This document shows positions 52,503-61,554 of a DNA stretch of 64,000 bases, one piece after another (the first letter of the stretch is position 1; every line of letters begins with the position of its first letter). The stretch is from an uncultured Veillonellaceae bacterium. Its GTDB lineage: Bacteria; Bacillota; Negativicutes; JARBTT01. Location of the stretch: the NCBI GenBank assembly GCA_963805085.1, contig CAWDTA010000001.1, positions 226,805 through 290,804 on the forward strand. Reading direction: 5' to 3'. Both the position numbers and the translations under genes were made by a program. A model generated the notes under the pieces. That model searched no databases. It was not told the DNA's origin and worked only from the letters and a program-made list of their open reading frames with translations.

Positions 52503-53941
52503 TGAGTTACGAAACAGTCGTTGGACTTGAAGTCCATAGTGAATTAAAAACCAATACAAAAATATTTTGTGGCTGCCCAACCACGTTTGGTGGCGCTCAA
52601 AATACCCATGTATGTCCAGTTTGTTTAGGCCTACCAGGAGTATTGCCAGTTATTAATGAAAAAGTAGTTGAGTTTGCAATCAAAGCAGGTCTTGCACTAA
52701 ATTGCAAAATTAATAAATTTAGTAAATTTGATCGTAAAAATTATTACTATCCAGATCTACCAAAGAACTTCCAAACTTCTCAATTCGATTTGCCAATTGC
52801 TGAACATGGTTACTTAGATATTGAAGTGAACGGACAAACGAAACGTATTCGCATCACAAGAATCCATATGGAAGAAGATGCTGGTAAATTGGTTCACTCG
52901 GGGACAACGATTAACGATTCGTCTTCCGCTTGCGTTGACTACAATCGTACGGGTGTACCATTGATCGAAATCGTATCCGAACCAGATTTATCAGGTCCAG
53001 AAGAAGCACGTGTTTACATGGAAAAAATCAAATCTATCTTAGAATATATTGATGTTTCTCATTGTAAGATGGAAGAAGGCAATCTTCGTGCCGATGTTAA
53101 CGTATCGTTAAGAAAAACTGGTACAACAAAGCTTGGTACAAAAGCTGAAATGAAAAACCTGAACTCTTTCAAAATGATTGAAAGCGCACTTGCTTATGAA
53201 ATTGAACGTCAAACAGAAATTTTAGATGACGGCGGACACATTGTCCAAGAAACCCGTACTTGGGATGAAGCGAAAGGCATGACCGTTTCTATGCGCACAA
53301 AAGAAGAAGCAAACGATTATCGCTATTTACCTGAACCAGATCTTGTGCCAATCATCACTTCCGATGAACAAATTGAAGCGATTCGGGCAGGGTTGCCAGA
53401 GCTTCCTGATGCACGTAAAAAACGTCTCATGGCAGATTGCGGTTTATCTGAATATGATGCTGCGATTATTACGACAACACGTCAAATGGCAGAATACTTT
53501 GATGTCGCTATTGCACAAAAAGCCGATGCAAAATTAGTTGCAAACTGGATGATGGGAGATCTCGCGAAAAACTTAAATGGCGAAGGTAAATCCATTACGG
53601 AAAGCCCAGTAACAGCTGAAAAATTAGCTGAGTTGGTTAATTTAATTAGCAAAGGTACGATTTCTAGTAAAATTGCTAAAACCGTGTTTGAGGAAATGTG
53701 GAAAACTGGCGATGCTCCAGAAAAAATCGTAAAAGATAAAGGTTTAGTTCAAATTACCGATACGAAAGAAATTGAAGGCATCGTAGACAACGTTATCGCT
53801 GCGAATCCAAAACCAGTCGAAGATTATAAAGCTGGTAATGCAAAATCCATTGGTTTCTTAGTGGGACAAATCATGAAACAAAGTAAGGGTAAAGCAAACC
53901 CAGCAATGGTAAATGACTTGTTAAAAGCAAAATTAGATTAA
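52502..53941 (+). CDS. gatB: Glu/Asp-tRNA amidotransferase subunit B
   Basis: 479 aa with N-terminus [15 protein letters not shown]...KIFCGC. Confidence 0.95.
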   Translation: MSYETVVGLEVHSELKTNTKIFCGCPTTFGGAQNTHVCPVCLGLPGVLPVINEKVVEFAIKAGLALNCKINKFSKFDRKNYYYPDLPKNFQTSQFDLPIAEHGYLDIEVNGQTKRIRITRIHMEEDAGKLVHSGTTINDSSSACVDYNRTGVPLIEIVSEPDLSGPEEARVYMEKIKSILEYIDVSHCKMEEGNLRADVNVSLRKTGTTKLGTKAEMKNLNSFKMIESALAYEIERQTEILDDGGHIVQETRTWDEAKGMTVSMRTKEEANDYRYLPEPDLVPIITSDEQIEAIRAGLPELPDARKKRLMADCGLSEYDAAIITTTRQMAEYFDVAIAQKADAKLVANWMMGDLAKNLNGEGKSITESPVTAEKLAELVNLISKGTISSKIAKTVFEEMWKTGDAPEKIVKDKGLVQITDTKEIEGIVDNVIAANPKPVEDYKAGNAKSIGFLVGQIMKQSKGKANPAMVNDLLKAKLD

Positions 53942-53970
53942 TTTTGTGGCATTACGACAAAACAGATGAA

Positions 53971-53998
53971 CAGGGTGCGATTTCGCACCCTGTTTTGC
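53971..53998 (+). terminator. Intrinsic terminator after gatB
   Basis: CAGGGTGCGA / TCGCACCCTG stem followed by TTTTG. Confidence 0.85.
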
Positions 53999-54136
53999 TT
54001 AGGGGAAAGGTAAGCAGCGCATTTATGCTAGGATTGTTTTATGCTATAATTGATACCATAATGATTGCAAAATTTGTTCCTGCGAACATGGGCGAATACA
54101 AACTCCTAGGACAAACAGAAATTATTTTTAGTATGG

Positions 54137-54145
54137 TGTGATAAT
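54137..54145 (+). promoter_or_regulatory. Extended -10 promoter element in front of RNA element copy 2
   Basis: TGTGATAAT (TGn + GATAAT). The predicted start near 54152-54154 coincides with the first base of the 12-bp 5' hairpin. Confidence 0.45.
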
Positions 54146-54158
54146 AAAATCATCTATC

Positions 54159-54343
54159 TTCGTACCACTTATAAACTAGTACGAAGATAGGTTGTCGGTT
54201 GGCGAGAAGTGCTCAGATGCTAGGCGCAGCAAGAAGTTGCGAAGGAGTCGTACTTTTGTACGTCGACGAGCAGCACCTTGTTGCAACGACGCAGCTTATC
54301 GCCTGCCTGCGGCCTATCTGTCCATAGTATATCTACAATCGGG
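54159..54343 (+). ncRNA. Unclassified structured RNA element, copy 2 (about 185 nt), fused to the mobAB ribosome-binding site
   Basis: It has the same architecture as copy 1. The 5' hairpin is extended to 12 bp (CTATCTTCGTAC 54154-54165 with GTACGAAGATAG 54179-54190). The closing helix pairs 54185-54209 with 54295-54319, and the apical hairpin is CGTAC-TTTT-GTACG. The conserved 3' tail CATAGTATATCTACAATC runs directly into GGGAGG and ATG 54354. Confidence 0.6.
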
Positions 54344-54353
54344 AGGTCAAAGT

Positions 54354-55424
54354 ATGAAACTTGGTTTGATTATCCTTGCTGGTGGTAAAAGTAGTCGCAT
54401 GGGACGCGATAAGGCTTTTTTAGAGTGGCAAGAGAAAACGTTTATTGAACATATTTTAGAAAAGGCAAAACAAGCAAAGTTTAGTGAGATTGTGATTGTA
54501 ACGAATAAACCGGAACAATTTCAATTCTTAGATGTTGAGGTCATTTCAGATATTTATAGTCAAATGGGACCACTTTCCGGAATCCATGCTGGATTAGTCT
54601 ATAATCAGTCGCAGTTTAGCTTGGTGATTCCTTGTGATATGCCGTTCATTGATTTTTCTTTAGTTAAGGAATTGGAACAATATATCAAGCAAGACTATGC
54701 GGCAATTGTGCCAACGAAGAATGAAAAATATCAGCCGCTCATGGCTATTTATAGCAAAGAATGTATCAAATCAATTGAAAAATTGTTGTTGATTGACAAT
54801 GAACGTAAAGTGGATAAACTTTTCGATAGAGTCGTAACGAAATTTGTTGTTTTGGATGATACAGAAAATAATTTTTTTAATGTGAATACGCCAAAAGAAT
54901 TTATTTTTGCTCAGGTGAAAGCTGCCAATCAAAAACGTAAGATTCCAATTGTATCGATTGTAGCCAGTAAATCTGGTACGGGAAAAACTACATTTATTAC
55001 AAAGTTGATTCCAAAACTAAAATCACTGGGAGTCAGAGTTGCTGTTGTAAAAAGTGACGATCATGGCTTTGAACTGGACAAAGAAGGCAAAGATACTTGG
55101 CAATTTACTAAGGCCGGTGCAGATGCCGTTGCTATTGTAGCGCCAGATAAATATGCGATTATTCAACAGACGAAAGAAAAAGAACAGTTAGAAGAAGTCA
55201 TTGCACTTATTCGTCATGTAGATTTGATTATCGTAGAAAGTCGTAGTCATGGGATTTTTCCAATACTAGAAATAGCAAGAGCTGGTGTAACAGAATCTTT
55301 GATCAGTAATAAAGATCAATTGGTAGCGGTGATTAGCGATCAAAATGATTTTGCTACCGATAAAATCTTATTGCCATTAAATGCACCACAAGAGGTGGCA
55401 AAATTTATTGTAGAGATGATATGA
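54354..55424 (+). CDS. mobA: Fused molybdenum cofactor guanylyltransferase MobA + MobB GTP-binding protein
   Basis: The true start is ATG 54354 (MKLGLIILAGGKSSRMGRDK, a canonical MobA N-terminus) after GGGAGG. The C-terminal half carries the MobB P-loop (VSIVASKSGTGKTTF). The ORF-track start at 54192 reads through the RNA element. Confidence 0.88.
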   Translation: MKLGLIILAGGKSSRMGRDKAFLEWQEKTFIEHILEKAKQAKFSEIVIVTNKPEQFQFLDVEVISDIYSQMGPLSGIHAGLVYNQSQFSLVIPCDMPFIDFSLVKELEQYIKQDYAAIVPTKNEKYQPLMAIYSKECIKSIEKLLLIDNERKVDKLFDRVVTKFVVLDDTENNFFNVNTPKEFIFAQVKAANQKRKIPIVSIVASKSGTGKTTFITKLIPKLKSLGVRVAVVKSDDHGFELDKEGKDTWQFTKAGADAVAIVAPDKYAIIQQTKEKEQLEEVIALIRHVDLIIVESRSHGIFPILEIARAGVTESLISNKDQLVAVISDQNDFATDKILLPLNAPQEVAKFIVEMI

Positions 55425-55446
55425 AAATAAACCAATAGATATTTAA

Positions 55447-55492
55447 GGCATCCTTTGAGCATCTTGAACAGGCTCATAAGGATGCTTTTTTC
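55447..55492 (+). terminator. Intrinsic terminator after mobAB
   Basis: GGCATCCTTTGAGC ... GCTCATAAGGATGC stem followed by TTTTTTC. Confidence 0.8.
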
Positions 55493-55552
55493 ATTTGGAC
55501 ATTTTGATATATAAAGATAATTTAGAGAAAATAGTATAATTATTTCAAGGCA

Positions 55553-55569
55553 AAATTCAATTTGAATTT
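55553..55569. promoter_or_regulatory. Perfect 17-bp palindrome downstream of a TATAAT hexamer, upstream of the molybdoenzyme operon (operator candidate)
   Basis: AAATTCAA T TTGAATTT lies 13 nt after TATAAT (55535-55540). Confidence 0.3.
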
Positions 55570-55734
55570 ATCGGTAACTTTTGTCGAATATTGTAGAAAA
55601 ATACATTATGATATATAATATTAATAGTATTATACTTGAATTTAATGGTATATTTTTAAGAAGATATACCATCAAATCATGAAAGGCAAACATTGCAGAA
55701 TGCTACACGATTGATTGTAGAAGGAGGAAGTAAG

Positions 55735-58095
55735 ATGAATAAAGAAGTATTCCGTCTTTCAAGACGAAAATTTTTGAAATTATGTGGAATCGTTGGTGGT
55801 GGTTTGGTTGTTTCTGGAAATGTAGATGTTGGATTGAAAACAGCAACAGCAATGCAGGAGAAATCCGATGAGGTGAAAATTATACCAACTGTCGGACGTA
55901 ATAATTGTGGCGGTCGGTGTGTAATTAAAGCGCATGTAAAAGATGGTGCGATTATTCGTTTGAGTACGGATGATGAACCAGATACAGAAGAATGTCCTCA
56001 GGTTCGAGCGTGTCTTAGAGGGCGTAGTTACCGTAAAACATTTTTGAGTCCGGATCGTTTGAAATATCCGATGAAACGTGTAGGCGAACGTGGCGAGGGG
56101 AAGTTTGAGCGAATTAGCTGGGAAGAGGCTGTTGAAACGATTGCAAATGAAACAAAGAGAATCAAGGAGCAATATGGAGCGGCATCACGTTATGTGAATT
56201 ATGCAAGCGGTAATCAAGGAATCTTTCGAGGTGATGCATTGATGCGTCGATTACTTGCCCTAGACGGTGGCTTTTTGAACTTCTATGGAAGTTATAGCAC
56301 AATATGTACTGAAATCGCGACCCCTTACACTTATGGTACATCTGATACCGGAAATTCACCGGAGAGTTTTATGCACTCAAAACTGATTTTTTTATGGAGT
56401 TTTAATCCTGCTGAAACCATTCATGGTAGTTTGACTACATATCATTTAAAAAAGGCAAAAGAAAATGGAGCAAAGATTATTGTTGTTGATCCAAGATGTT
56501 CTGATACGGTGACTGCTTTGGCTGATGAATGGATTGCAATTAAGCCAACAACAGATGCAGCAATGCTCGCTGCAATGTCTTATATTATTGTAACTTTAGG
56601 CCTGCATGATCAGAAATTTTTAGATACTTACTGCCAAGGTTTTGATGAGAAACATATGCCGGAAGGTTTTGAAAATGAGGAGACTGTAAAGGAATACATT
56701 TTGGGAATAAAAGACGGAATTCCTAAAACACCGGAATGGGCTGAAAAGATTTGTGGCGTACCGGCAAATAAAATTAAGCAATTGGCAATTGAATACGCAA
56801 CGGCAAAGCCAGCGGCAATGATACAAGGCTGGGGAATTCAGCGTCAGGCAAATGCGGAACAGGCAGTCCGTTTCGGTACAGTTTTACCTGCTTTAACTGG
56901 AAATATTGGAATCATCGGGGGCTGGGCTTGTGGACATGGCAAATACAGCAGGATTAAAACTCCGTCTATGCCAATGCCAGCTAACCCTTATAAAGGAAAA
57001 ATTTCCTGTTTCTTATGGACAGATGCAATTGTACGCGGTAAAGAAATGACAGCAAAAGATGATGGTGTCACTGGAGTAAATAAGTTAGATGTTAATATCA
57101 AAATGATTTATAATATTGCTGGCAATACTTTAATCAATCAGCATTCTGATTGTAATAAAACTGCTGAAATTTTAAAGGATACCAGTAAATGTGAATTTAT
57201 AGTTTGCTCTGATCTTTTTATGACACCAAGTACGAAATTTGCAGATATTTTATTACCGGCGACTTCAATGTTTGAGGGAGAAAATATCGCAAACTGTGGA
57301 AATTGGAGTGAATATATTACATATTGTAATAAAGCAATTGAACCGATGTTTGAATGCCGTGATGACTATGATTGGATTTTAGATGTGGCAGAAAAACTAG
57401 GCTTAGCAGAAAAGTTTTCAGAAGGTCATCGTAATGTTGGTGAGTGGTGTGAAAGTGCTTATAATCTTGCAAGAAAAAAAGATGTGCAGTTACCAACTTT
57501 CGAAGAATTTAAGAAACGCGGAATTTTTAAATGGAAAGTAAAAGAACCCTATATCGCGTTTAAAAAGCAAATCGAAGACCCTGCAAAAAACCCATTTCCA
57601 ACTCCATCAGGTAAAATTGAATTGTTTTCTCCTAAGTTGCAAAAAATGAATAATCCAAAAGAAATCCCTGCAATTCCTAAATATGTTCCTGCTTTTGAAG
57701 GACCAGAAGATCCGTTGATTCAAAAATATCCGTTGCAATGTATGGGATGGCATTACAAACGTCGCTGTCATTCAATGCATGATAATAATCCATGGATGGA
57801 AGAAGCCGGACCACAGGTTATGTGGATGAATCCTGAGGATGCAAAAGTCCGTAAAATTAAAGACGGGGATAAAGTAGAGGTTTTCAATGATCGTGGCAGG
57901 GTACATATTTGCGTAAAAGTGACTTCGAGGATTATTCCGGGGGTAATTGCAATTCCACAAGGTGCTTGGTATACGCCGAATAAAGACGGCGTTGACATCA
58001 GGGGAAATATTAATACGTTGACAACGCAACGTCCTACACCTCTTGCAAAGGGCAATCCGCAGCATACAAATTTAGTAGAGGTCAAAGCGATATAA
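55735..58095 (+). CDS. DMSO-reductase-family molybdopterin oxidoreductase, catalytic subunit (DmsA/YnfE-like), Tat-exported
   Basis: ATG 55735 follows GAAGGAGG. The twin-arginine signal is LSRRKFLKLCG. NNCGGRCVIKAHVKDG ... QVRACLRGRSYRKTFLSPDRLKYPMKR aligns with the E. coli DmsA N-terminal segment as I recall it. Confidence 0.85.
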   Translation: MNKEVFRLSRRKFLKLCGIVGGGLVVSGNVDVGLKTATAMQEKSDEVKIIPTVGRNNCGGRCVIKAHVKDGAIIRLSTDDEPDTEECPQVRACLRGRSYRKTFLSPDRLKYPMKRVGERGEGKFERISWEEAVETIANETKRIKEQYGAASRYVNYASGNQGIFRGDALMRRLLALDGGFLNFYGSYSTICTEIATPYTYGTSDTGNSPESFMHSKLIFLWSFNPAETIHGSLTTYHLKKAKENGAKIIVVDPRCSDTVTALADEWIAIKPTTDAAMLAAMSYIIVTLGLHDQKFLDTYCQGFDEKHMPEGFENEETVKEYILGIKDGIPKTPEWAEKICGVPANKIKQLAIEYATAKPAAMIQGWGIQRQANAEQAVRFGTVLPALTGNIGIIGGWACGHGKYSRIKTPSMPMPANPYKGKISCFLWTDAIVRGKEMTAKDDGVTGVNKLDVNIKMIYNIAGNTLINQHSDCNKTAEILKDTSKCEFIVCSDLFMTPSTKFADILLPATSMFEGENIANCGNWSEYITYCNKAIEPMFECRDDYDWILDVAEKLGLAEKFSEGHRNVGEWCESAYNLARKKDVQLPTFEEFKKRGIFKWKVKEPYIAFKKQIEDPAKNPFPTPSGKIELFSPKLQKMNNPKEIPAIPKYVPAFEGPEDPLIQKYPLQCMGWHYKRRCHSMHDNNPWMEEAGPQVMWMNPEDAKVRKIKDGDKVEVFNDRGRVHICVKVTSRIIPGVIAIPQGAWYTPNKDGVDIRGNINTLTTQRPTPLAKGNPQHTNLVEVKAI

Positions 58096-58111
58096 GAAGG
58101 GGGATCTAATA

Positions 58112-58681
58112 ATGCAATTAGGATTTGTACATGAAAGCAAATTTTGTACGGGGTGTAAGGCTTGTCAGATTGCCTGTAAAGATAAACATGATAGTGAAGT
58201 AGGGCAAAATTTTCGACGAGTGACAGATTTTGAAGGTGGAAATTTTGCAAAAGAAGGCGATGGATATATTAATAATGTTTACACTTATAGTTTAAGTATA
58301 AGTTGTAACCATTGTGCTGATCCAAAATGCGTAAAAAACTGTCCATCTGGAGCGATGAGAAAAGATATCAAAACAGGAATTGTTTCTGTGGATCAAGAAA
58401 TTTGCATTGGTTGTGGATATTGTGCATGGTCTTGTCCGTATGGTGCACCTCAAATGAATCTAAAAACAGGAATCATGGGAAAATGTGATATGTGTAAGGA
58501 TTTATTGGATAAAGGAGAAGAACCAGTATGTGTTGCAGCTTGTCCGCTTCGTCTGATTCATAATGGTAATATTGAAGAGTTGAGAAAAAAATATGCAAGT
58601 GTTGGAAAATGTAAAGTGATGCCAGATGAAAATATAACAAAACCATCATTGATTATTGTACCGCATAAAAATAGTTTATAA
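58112..58681 (+). CDS. 4Fe-4S electron-transfer subunit (DmsB-like)
   Basis: 189 aa with four Cys clusters (CTGCKACQIACK, CNHCADPKCVKNCP, CIGCGYCAWSCP, CDMC...CVAACP). Confidence 0.88.
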   Translation: MQLGFVHESKFCTGCKACQIACKDKHDSEVGQNFRRVTDFEGGNFAKEGDGYINNVYTYSLSISCNHCADPKCVKNCPSGAMRKDIKTGIVSVDQEICIGCGYCAWSCPYGAPQMNLKTGIMGKCDMCKDLLDKGEEPVCVAACPLRLIHNGNIEELRKKYASVGKCKVMPDENITKPSLIIVPHKNSL

Positions 58682-58711
58682 GAGGAAAAGGAAAGCGAAG
58701 GGGGAAGCAAA

Positions 58712-59548
58712 ATGCACGGAGAATTTTATTTGGTGACTTATACAATACTTTCACAGGCGGCAATTGGACTGGCAATCATGCTATTTATAGCTAGCAGGGT
58801 CCTTGGTGAAGAAAAAAATAAAAGTAATTATAAAATGGGATATTTAATTAGTACGGTATTAATTTTACTCGCAATGGCAGTATCAGGCATGCATTTGGGA
58901 AGCCCGATGCGTGGTATGAATGCAATTATAAATATCGGAAGTTCATGGTTGAGTAGAGAAATATTTTTGACGGGGCTTTTTTTTGCATCTAGTGTAATAG
59001 CATATTATATGATACATAAAAATAAAAATTTTCATTTTGCAGCACTAGCGAGTAGTGTTATCGGATTTTTTTGTGTTATTGGTCAAGCGGCAGTTTACGC
59101 AAACACGATTATTCCGGCATGGGGAAGTGGACATGGATATGTAACTTTTATTGGTGCAACTATGGCAATGGGGGCGTTTTTAGGTGTCCTAGTTTTATTT
59201 AAAGGAGGGGATGGATTTAACCAGGCAGGTGCAAAAAAATATATAACGATTGCAATGGTAATGGCTTTTGTTGGAGTTTTAATGCAGGCAGGTTTTTATT
59301 CAATATTTGCGGGGCATTTAGCTCAAACAGGTAAAGCGGGAATAGGATCGTTGGGATTATTATCGGAAAAGGGAACGATGATGGCAATACGGTGGATTTG
59401 TAGTGCGATTGCGTTAGTCGGCTTAGGCGTAATTGTACATAAAAAAGAAGGAAACAGTATGTTATTTATGTTTACGCTTTTAATTTTTCTCGGAGAAATA
59501 TTAAATAGAACTATGTTTTATGGTATTGGTATTGCAATTGGCTTATAA
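58712..59548 (+). CDS. DmsC-like membrane anchor subunit
   Basis: 278 aa with about 8 TM helices. It is positioned after the DmsA- and DmsB-like genes. Confidence 0.75.
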   Translation: MHGEFYLVTYTILSQAAIGLAIMLFIASRVLGEEKNKSNYKMGYLISTVLILLAMAVSGMHLGSPMRGMNAIINIGSSWLSREIFLTGLFFASSVIAYYMIHKNKNFHFAALASSVIGFFCVIGQAAVYANTIIPAWGSGHGYVTFIGATMAMGAFLGVLVLFKGGDGFNQAGAKKYITIAMVMAFVGVLMQAGFYSIFAGHLAQTGKAGIGSLGLLSEKGTMMAIRWICSAIALVGLGVIVHKKEGNSMLFMFTLLIFLGEILNRTMFYGIGIAIGL

Positions 59549-59574
59549 ATTTTGTACAAAAACGAATTAAGGGC

Positions 59575-60258
59575 GTGAAAATAATAGATATGGAGCAATT
59601 TGAACTGCAAGAAGTAATGAAGGTCAGACAATGGTTTTACCGTTTTTTTGCAATCTCTTTATTTGAAGAACCAAATCAAAAGCAAATGATAGAATATATG
59701 AAATCTAATATTTTTTCTACAATGCTGAAGCAAGGAGAATCAGATGTAGGAATTTCACTTTTGGCAGCTAGTTTGGAAAAAATGCAACAATATAGCACTA
59801 GTGATTGGAAAATAATGAGAGAGCACTATGCCTCTTTATTTGCTAATTCTGGATCGGTTTTGGTTTGCCCGTGGGAATCAGTTTATTCGAGTAAAGAACA
59901 TATTATTTATGATGAGCATACTTTGGCGGTACAAGATTTTTATGAAAAATGGGGAGCTGAAATCATTGACCCGGGAAAAGGTCCTGCCGATCATATTGGA
60001 TTGGAATGTAGTTTTATGGCTTTTATGACCGGTGCTGCAGTTCAGCATATTATACAAGAAGATAAAACTTCATTAAAAGAAAATATGATGGCGCAAAAAA
60101 CATTTTTAGAAAATCATTTATTGGTATTTTTAGAGAAGTTTTGTGATTTATTGCGAAAACGAACGACGATGGATTTTTATCAAGGGTTAGCGCAGTTTTT
60201 GCGTGCCTATATATTTGCTGATTTCAATTTCTTAGAGCAATGTTTATCTGAAAAATAA
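59575..60258 (+). CDS. TorD/DmsD-family molybdoenzyme maturation chaperone
   Basis: YASLF, PWESVY and DHIGLECSFMAF are TorD-family motifs. The start is uncertain (GTG 59575 or ATG 59590). Confidence 0.75.
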   Translation: MKIIDMEQFELQEVMKVRQWFYRFFAISLFEEPNQKQMIEYMKSNIFSTMLKQGESDVGISLLAASLEKMQQYSTSDWKIMREHYASLFANSGSVLVCPWESVYSSKEHIIYDEHTLAVQDFYEKWGAEIIDPGKGPADHIGLECSFMAFMTGAAVQHIIQEDKTSLKENMMAQKTFLENHLLVFLEKFCDLLRKRTTMDFYQGLAQFLRAYIFADFNFLEQCLSEK

Positions 60259-60283
60259 ATTATTTACGACGGGTTTTTTGCAA

Positions 60284-61252
60284 ATGGAGGCTGCTAGAGT
60301 GGGAAAATTTCAAATTCAGTCAAAAAAATGCATCAATCATTTTAAAAATAGCGAATGTAATAAGTGTTCGGATTTATGCCCGCAGCAGGCAATTTCAAAT
60401 GGTGTGATTGATATGAATAAATGTAATGCCTGTGGTCTTTGTTTGTCAGTGTGTCCGTCTAAAGCAGTGATATCAAGCATTGCGTATCAAAAAATTATAG
60501 AAAGATTGACAAAGCAAAAAAAGATTTGTTTCTATTGTCAAAAGAAGCACGAAAATAGTTCATTTCCTTGTTTAGCTTTTTTAGATGCGCGGTTATTATT
60601 TGCCATGGCTCAAAATCATGAGGTTGATGTTGATCTGTCAAATTGTGTTTATTGTAATCCTAAGATCTTAAACATTTTGAAAACTCGCTTGAATGAATGT
60701 AATGCTGTTCTAATGAAGCAAGGAAAAGCTCCGGTGAATGTCATAGAGCGGGTAGAAGAAAGTCATATACAGAATGAGGAAATGAATCGTCGCCTTTTTT
60801 TGAAACAAATGTTGGGAGCAACTGTTTCTTTTATTGAATTGCTAAAGGCAGATCAATCAGAAGAAGTTTGCATTCCATGTCATTTTGAAGATTACATACG
60901 AGCTGAAACAAATCAAAAAACTTTAGAAAAGAATCCGTTGTTTTTTTCCTGTGTTATTAATGAAGGGTGTAATGCTTGTGGTTTATGCAGGATGATTTGT
61001 CCGCAAAAGGCTTTGCAGGGAATTTTAACAAAAAATGATTTTCTATTAAAGTTTGATACAACGCTTTGCTATCAATGTCAGGTTTGTGAAAATAATTGTG
61101 TGAAAAATGCAATTTTGATTACGGAAGAACTGATGGAACCTAATGAATTTTCAATTTCGTTACCTTTATGTAAAAATTGTTGTCAACCTTTTCCCCCGAT
61201 AGAAAATAGTGAAATTTGCATAAAATGTTATCAACAAAGCAAGATTTTTTAA
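60284..61252 (+). CDS. Multi-cluster 4Fe-4S ferredoxin-domain protein
   Basis: About 322 aa. CxxCxxCxxxCP-type motifs are CNACGLCLSVCP, CNACGLCRMICP and CYQCQVCENNCV, with further Cys pairs. The start is uncertain (ATG 60284 or TTG 60278). Confidence 0.7.
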   Translation: MEAARVGKFQIQSKKCINHFKNSECNKCSDLCPQQAISNGVIDMNKCNACGLCLSVCPSKAVISSIAYQKIIERLTKQKKICFYCQKKHENSSFPCLAFLDARLLFAMAQNHEVDVDLSNCVYCNPKILNILKTRLNECNAVLMKQGKAPVNVIERVEESHIQNEEMNRRLFLKQMLGATVSFIELLKADQSEEVCIPCHFEDYIRAETNQKTLEKNPLFFSCVINEGCNACGLCRMICPQKALQGILTKNDFLLKFDTTLCYQCQVCENNCVKNAILITEELMEPNEFSISLPLCKNCCQPFPPIENSEICIKCYQQSKIF

Positions 61253-61472
61253 AGTGGTAGAATTTTTGTGTTTTATTATGAACACCTTCAAAAGGCTAGA
61301 AAACTTCAATGAGGGGCTATGCCTATAAATAAATTCACTACAATTTATGGGATGAAGGACATTGGAAAGTCTCACGTACGGTTTGATGATTTTTACTAAT
61401 AATTCTAAGCATTTCTCAGTATGTGTTATTTAAAACGAATGCAAAATCAAAAGCCAGCTTCGATTATAATAA

Positions 61473-61527
61473 AAAAGCTTCCTATCAGGTTTGTATTTAG
61501 AAAAATCAAAACCGGATAGGAAGCTTT
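61473..61527. terminator. Bidirectional intrinsic terminator
   Basis: AAAAGCTTCCTATCAGGTTT / AAACCGGATAGGAAGCTTTT lies between the convergent + strand operon and the minus-strand MCP gene. Confidence 0.8.
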
Positions 61528-61554
61528 TATTCTTAGGATCCATTCTAGCAGATA

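Noticed and set aside
53944-54141. 65-aa ORF after gatB, and a nested 39-aa hydrophobic ORF starting MLGLFYAII.
   Set aside because: The long ORF starts at TTG 2 nt after the gatB stop and reads through the gatB terminator hairpin. The nested ORF has only a distant, weak SD. With no supporting similarity, I left both uncalled.
54192-54353. N-terminal 54-codon extension of the mobA ORF in the ORF track (MSVGEKCSDARRSKKLRRSRTFVRRRAAPCCNDAAY...).
   Set aside because: It is Arg-rich with no protein-like features and lies entirely inside the conserved RNA element. The canonical MobA N-terminus MKLGLIILAGGKSSRMG starts at ATG 54354, directly after GGGAGG.
55646-55670. Small hairpin GGTATAT-N10-ATATACC upstream of the molybdoenzyme gene, together with the question of an FNR/CRP-type site in 55500-55700.
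   Set aside because: I found no TTGAT-N4-ATCAA or TGTGA-N6-TCACA match. The hairpin is short and AT-rich and could arise by chance.
57768-58250. Long antisense ORFs within strongly supported genes. Examples are 57768-58250 (160 aa), 24879-25289 (136 aa), 4398-4826 (142 aa), 23528-23920 (130 aa), 55780-56172 (130 aa) and 3572-3952 (126 aa), plus the many 60-100 aa ones in the track.
   Set aside because: They are shadow ORFs opposite or out of frame with genes of clear identity. Their composition is low-complexity or Cys/Phe-rich and they lack SD sequences.
61253-61470. About 220-nt unannotated stretch after the ferredoxin-like gene, including the minus-strand ORF 61166-61375 and tiny + strand ORFs (for example MNTFKRLENFNEGLCL).
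   Set aside because: It has no SD, no recognisable motif and no repeats. It is probably a non-coding spacer or gene remnant, and nothing here can be supported from sequence alone.
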